Origin: Scyliorhinus canicula
Taxonomy: Eukaryota
Direction: 5' to 3'
NCBI RefSeq assembly: GCF_902713615.1
Contig: NC_052160.1
Span: forward strand, 25,862,083-25,926,082
Length of the DNA stretch: 64,000 nucleotides
The notes under the pieces are model-generated. The model did not search any database. It had not been told where the DNA came from and worked only from the letters and a program-made list of their open reading frames with translations. The translations under genes and the position numbers were made by a program. Numbering within the stretch: the first letter of the stretch is position 1; every line of letters begins with the position of its first letter. Positions 60,901 through 64,000 of the stretch are shown here, one piece after another.

Positions 60901-63587
60901 CAATCTACATGGCACGGTAGCACAGTGGTTAGCACTTGCTTCAGAGTGCCAGGGACCGGGTTTGATTCCCTGACTTGGGTCAGTGTGTGTGTGTGTGTAG
61001 TCCACATGTTCTTCCTGTGTCTGCATGGGTTTCCTCCCACATGTCCCAAAATATATACTTATTGGGTGAATTGGACATTGAATTCTTCCTCAGTGCACCC
61101 AAACAGGTGCTGTAGCGTGGCGATTGGGGATTTTCACAGATCATTATTACCACAATTATTACCTCAAGAGAAGCAGTACGGTGGTGCAATGGTTAGCACT
61201 GCTGCCTCACAGCCCCAAAGTCCGAGGTTCGATCCTGGCTCTGGGTCACTGTCCATGTGGAGTTTGAACATTCTCTCCGTGTTTGCTTGTGTTTTGCCCC
61301 CACCTTCCAAAGATGTGCAGAGTAGGTGGATTGGCCACGCTAAAGTGCCCCTTATTGGAAAAAATTAATTGGGTATTCTAAATAAAAAATAAATTTAAAA
61401 AATTTTACCTTTAGGGGTGCTTAGGGATTGACGACCTTTGTCCGGGAAGAGAGTGAGCTTGCCAAGTGACAGTGAAGGAATGGTGGTGATGGGTGTGTTT
61501 TGGGGAACAGTTACTGTTCCTATGCCCCAAATTCTTAGGTAGTGGAGATGACGGATGTGGAAGGTGCTGTAGAAGGAGCCTTAGAGAGTTGCTGTAGTAG
61601 AAAACTACACCCTGCTGCCAGTGGTGGAAGACGTGCCCTTCAAGCAGGTTACTTTGTTTTGGATGGTGTTGAGCTAAGTTTTGTTGAAGCTGCATTCACC
61701 CAGGTAAGTAGAGTATTCCATCACACTCCAGCTTGTTCCTTTGCCTTGTAGGTGGTAGCAAAAGTATGCTGCCAGTTCAAATGTCTTATGGTTGAATTAG
61801 CAATGGAATTGTTTTAATTCAACATTTTATTATACATTGATATTACATTAAATGATTTAACAGCTTTAGTTACATACTGGAAATACATAATGCATTCATG
61901 CACATTTGAACAGATTTTTAAAAAACCCATAGGGTTATACACGTTACAGCTACAATATCTTTATTGCATAGTTTGTGATTATTGTTCCAAGTTCAATAAT
62001 ACCTGTGAAGCTTTGAAAATATATTTGGAAGGTTAAATCTGGGCAAGTGTCAGAATCCCGGTCAAATCATCAACACATCCGGGGTTCGAGAACGATGCAT
62101 TGTTTTTCAGTTAGCTGACATAAGCACATTTCAACATCAAGAAACAGCACTACTAAATTGGTTGGGTGGGTGGAAGAAAAGAGAGCTTCTAAAGTGCATT
62201 CCCCAACTCTTCCTCCTCTTCCCCCGAAGGTGTCGGTTTCCTTCTAGTGGTATAGTTTGAGAGTAGCAGCAAACGGTGTACGAGTAGGCAATCAATCCTC
62301 TGATCAATTGCCAAATAATCTGGTCAATACTCATCAAGTGGGCACCCCAGCCTCCAGCAGGGACAGCTGTAGATAAAACCAAGCGCAGGAAACCCTTTTT
62401 AAACCCAAAGGCATGATGAACAATTGAGGCATTCCCAACCAGTATCCCAGGGATCAGCTAATTTGGTTCAAAAATTAAACCTTGACATTATGACCCATCA
62501 GGGTCCCCACCTTCCTTCGCGTGACTTTACCTTTGTCCCATCTCTCAAAAGTAGAAGTCACTATAAATTTTAGTGATCAAAAGGATGAGACAATCGGGAT
62601 CAAGATATCCAGGGAGAATGTATTTGCAACGAGTACTTACTGCAAACAGTTAGCAATGGATATATTTATAGCATGAGAAACCAAAGCCCAGCTTCTTTAA
62701 TGTTGAACTGAACCCAAGTATGGGATACCAAAGCTTTATAATTTTGGACCTGTGCAAGTGAAGCCTCTCTCGGACAATTTAAACTGTAAACTTATAGCAG
62801 GCTGGTTCAACTTCATTGAAACAACCAGACGTGGAGTGTGTACAGCATTTGCAAGGAGCAGAAAGATGCAGGAAAGTACAATGTACAGAAATGTAATATT
62901 CTGTATCTGCTAAGTCTGCTCATTGTAAATGCTTAACTCATCTCCAGCCTCAGTCAATCTATTAGTTACTTTGAAGTTTCAGTCATGGTTCCCATTAGAG
63001 TTTGATTTGAGGAGGACCGAAACAAAAATCAATCTCAAAGCATGAGGGTAATCAGCAGAAACACCACCAAAATTTGAGGTTTGTGGGAAGAGCCGCAATT
63101 GGGAAAAGAACAGCTACTGCAGCAAAAACAATAATTTTGACTTCATGAGAAAAGTATTATTTGCAAAGCAAGAGTACCCAAACAAGAGAGTTGGTACCAT
63201 TGGTCAGCTCATCTCAATGGAGGCCAAATCATTTCAGAGATGTGTTGAAATAATCAAACTTGCCACCTGGGCAGTATTTTGGAGAGTTCCTCCTCCACCA
63301 AAGTCCCATTGTCAAACTGACCCACCCGGTTTTCAACATCGAAACAGACGTTACAAATTCCAGGCAGTTCTATAAAAGGGGCCATGACTCACTCGACCAG
63401 CGCTCGACCCGGGCTGCAATGTTAAAAGTTAAGTCTCCGTGTGCTTCGGAGTTATCACCTGGTTTAACGGAGAGTCCCTTTTCGGATTCCACACATTCTT
63501 AATTCTGCAAATTGCAGTCAACAGCCTTGACACAAAGCTGCTGAAAATGGCACATGTTCACGGTACAAGAGATGGGAGATTTTCACT

Positions 63588-63747
63588 TCAATTCGCACAA
63601 TGTTCTTGATCATCTGTGTGGCTGGGCCATGCCCCTTTCTGCATCTTCACGGAGACACAACTTAACCAACTGCGGCTGGTAAGCATCTCCCCAAATATCT
63701 CCCATTTTCCTGTTTCTTCACTGTACTGCTCAATGGTGTCGTGATAT
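63588..63747 (-). CDS. Terminal coding exon of a kelch-repeat (KLHL-like) gene extending beyond the window
   Basis: tctctcctttttattgtctacag|A TAT CAC...; translates YHDTIEQYSEETGKWEIFGEMLTSRSWLSCVSVKMQKGAWPSHTDDQEHCAN*, a typical last kelch blade; - strand AATAAA at 61960-61965 and 61826-61831. Confidence 0.75.
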
Positions 63748-64000
63748 CTGTAGACAATAAAAAGGAGAGATTACTGAACTTTGCACACTATAAAAACAGA
63801 ATTAAAAATTAGCCCTTAGGAATTCTGCAGCTAATTAGAACATCCAGAGAAACAATATAGCGTTGCAGACTTGCCAGTGATCACAGTTGCTAAAAGGGTT
63901 TGTGCAGTGAACAGGTTTGATCAATATTCCCCTTCACTCCGAATACAAATTTGAATTTCCATGTACAGTACCAATTAAACCTCAAACTGGAGGGAAATAA

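Noticed and set aside
3431-61400. Many tRNA-like A/B-box sequences
   Set aside because: All run directly into SINE bodies and lack a complete cloverleaf; these are SINE heads, not tRNA genes.

Overview
Eukaryotic, repeat-rich vertebrate genomic DNA. The HE1/V-SINE-like, Deu-SINE-like, CR1, L1, Rex/Babar, Penelope and Gypsy content points to a cartilaginous fish, probably a catshark-like shark (inference). Four spliced protein-coding genes can be reconstructed by eye: (1) PDZD9 on + (candidate exon 1 at 1306-1342, then 6045-6227, 23007-23184, 25869-26598); (2) a complete 14-exon UQCRC2 on - (53812 to 27618, 459 aa), tail-to-tail with PDZD9; (3) SNU13/NHP2L1 on + (56586-57916, 128 aa), head-to-head with UQCRC2; (4) the last coding exon of a kelch-repeat gene on - (63588-63747). 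Almost all other ORFs in the track are transposon fragments or antisense noise. The most notable unexplained structure: a degenerate full-length Gypsy element whose PBS position is a perfect 12-nt complement of its own LTR poly(A)-signal region instead of a tRNA end; a 10-copy 40-bp YY1-motif minisatellite right upstream of the UQCRC2 start; one SINE body with three different 3' tails matching three LINE clades that are all present in the window; a minimal Penelope-type hammerhead ribozyme; a U2 snRNA-headed repeat; convergent PDZD9/UQCRC2 poly(A) signals 37 bp apart; and several local duplications that straddle single exons. All calls are from manual reading, with no database searches, and repeat boundaries are approximate.
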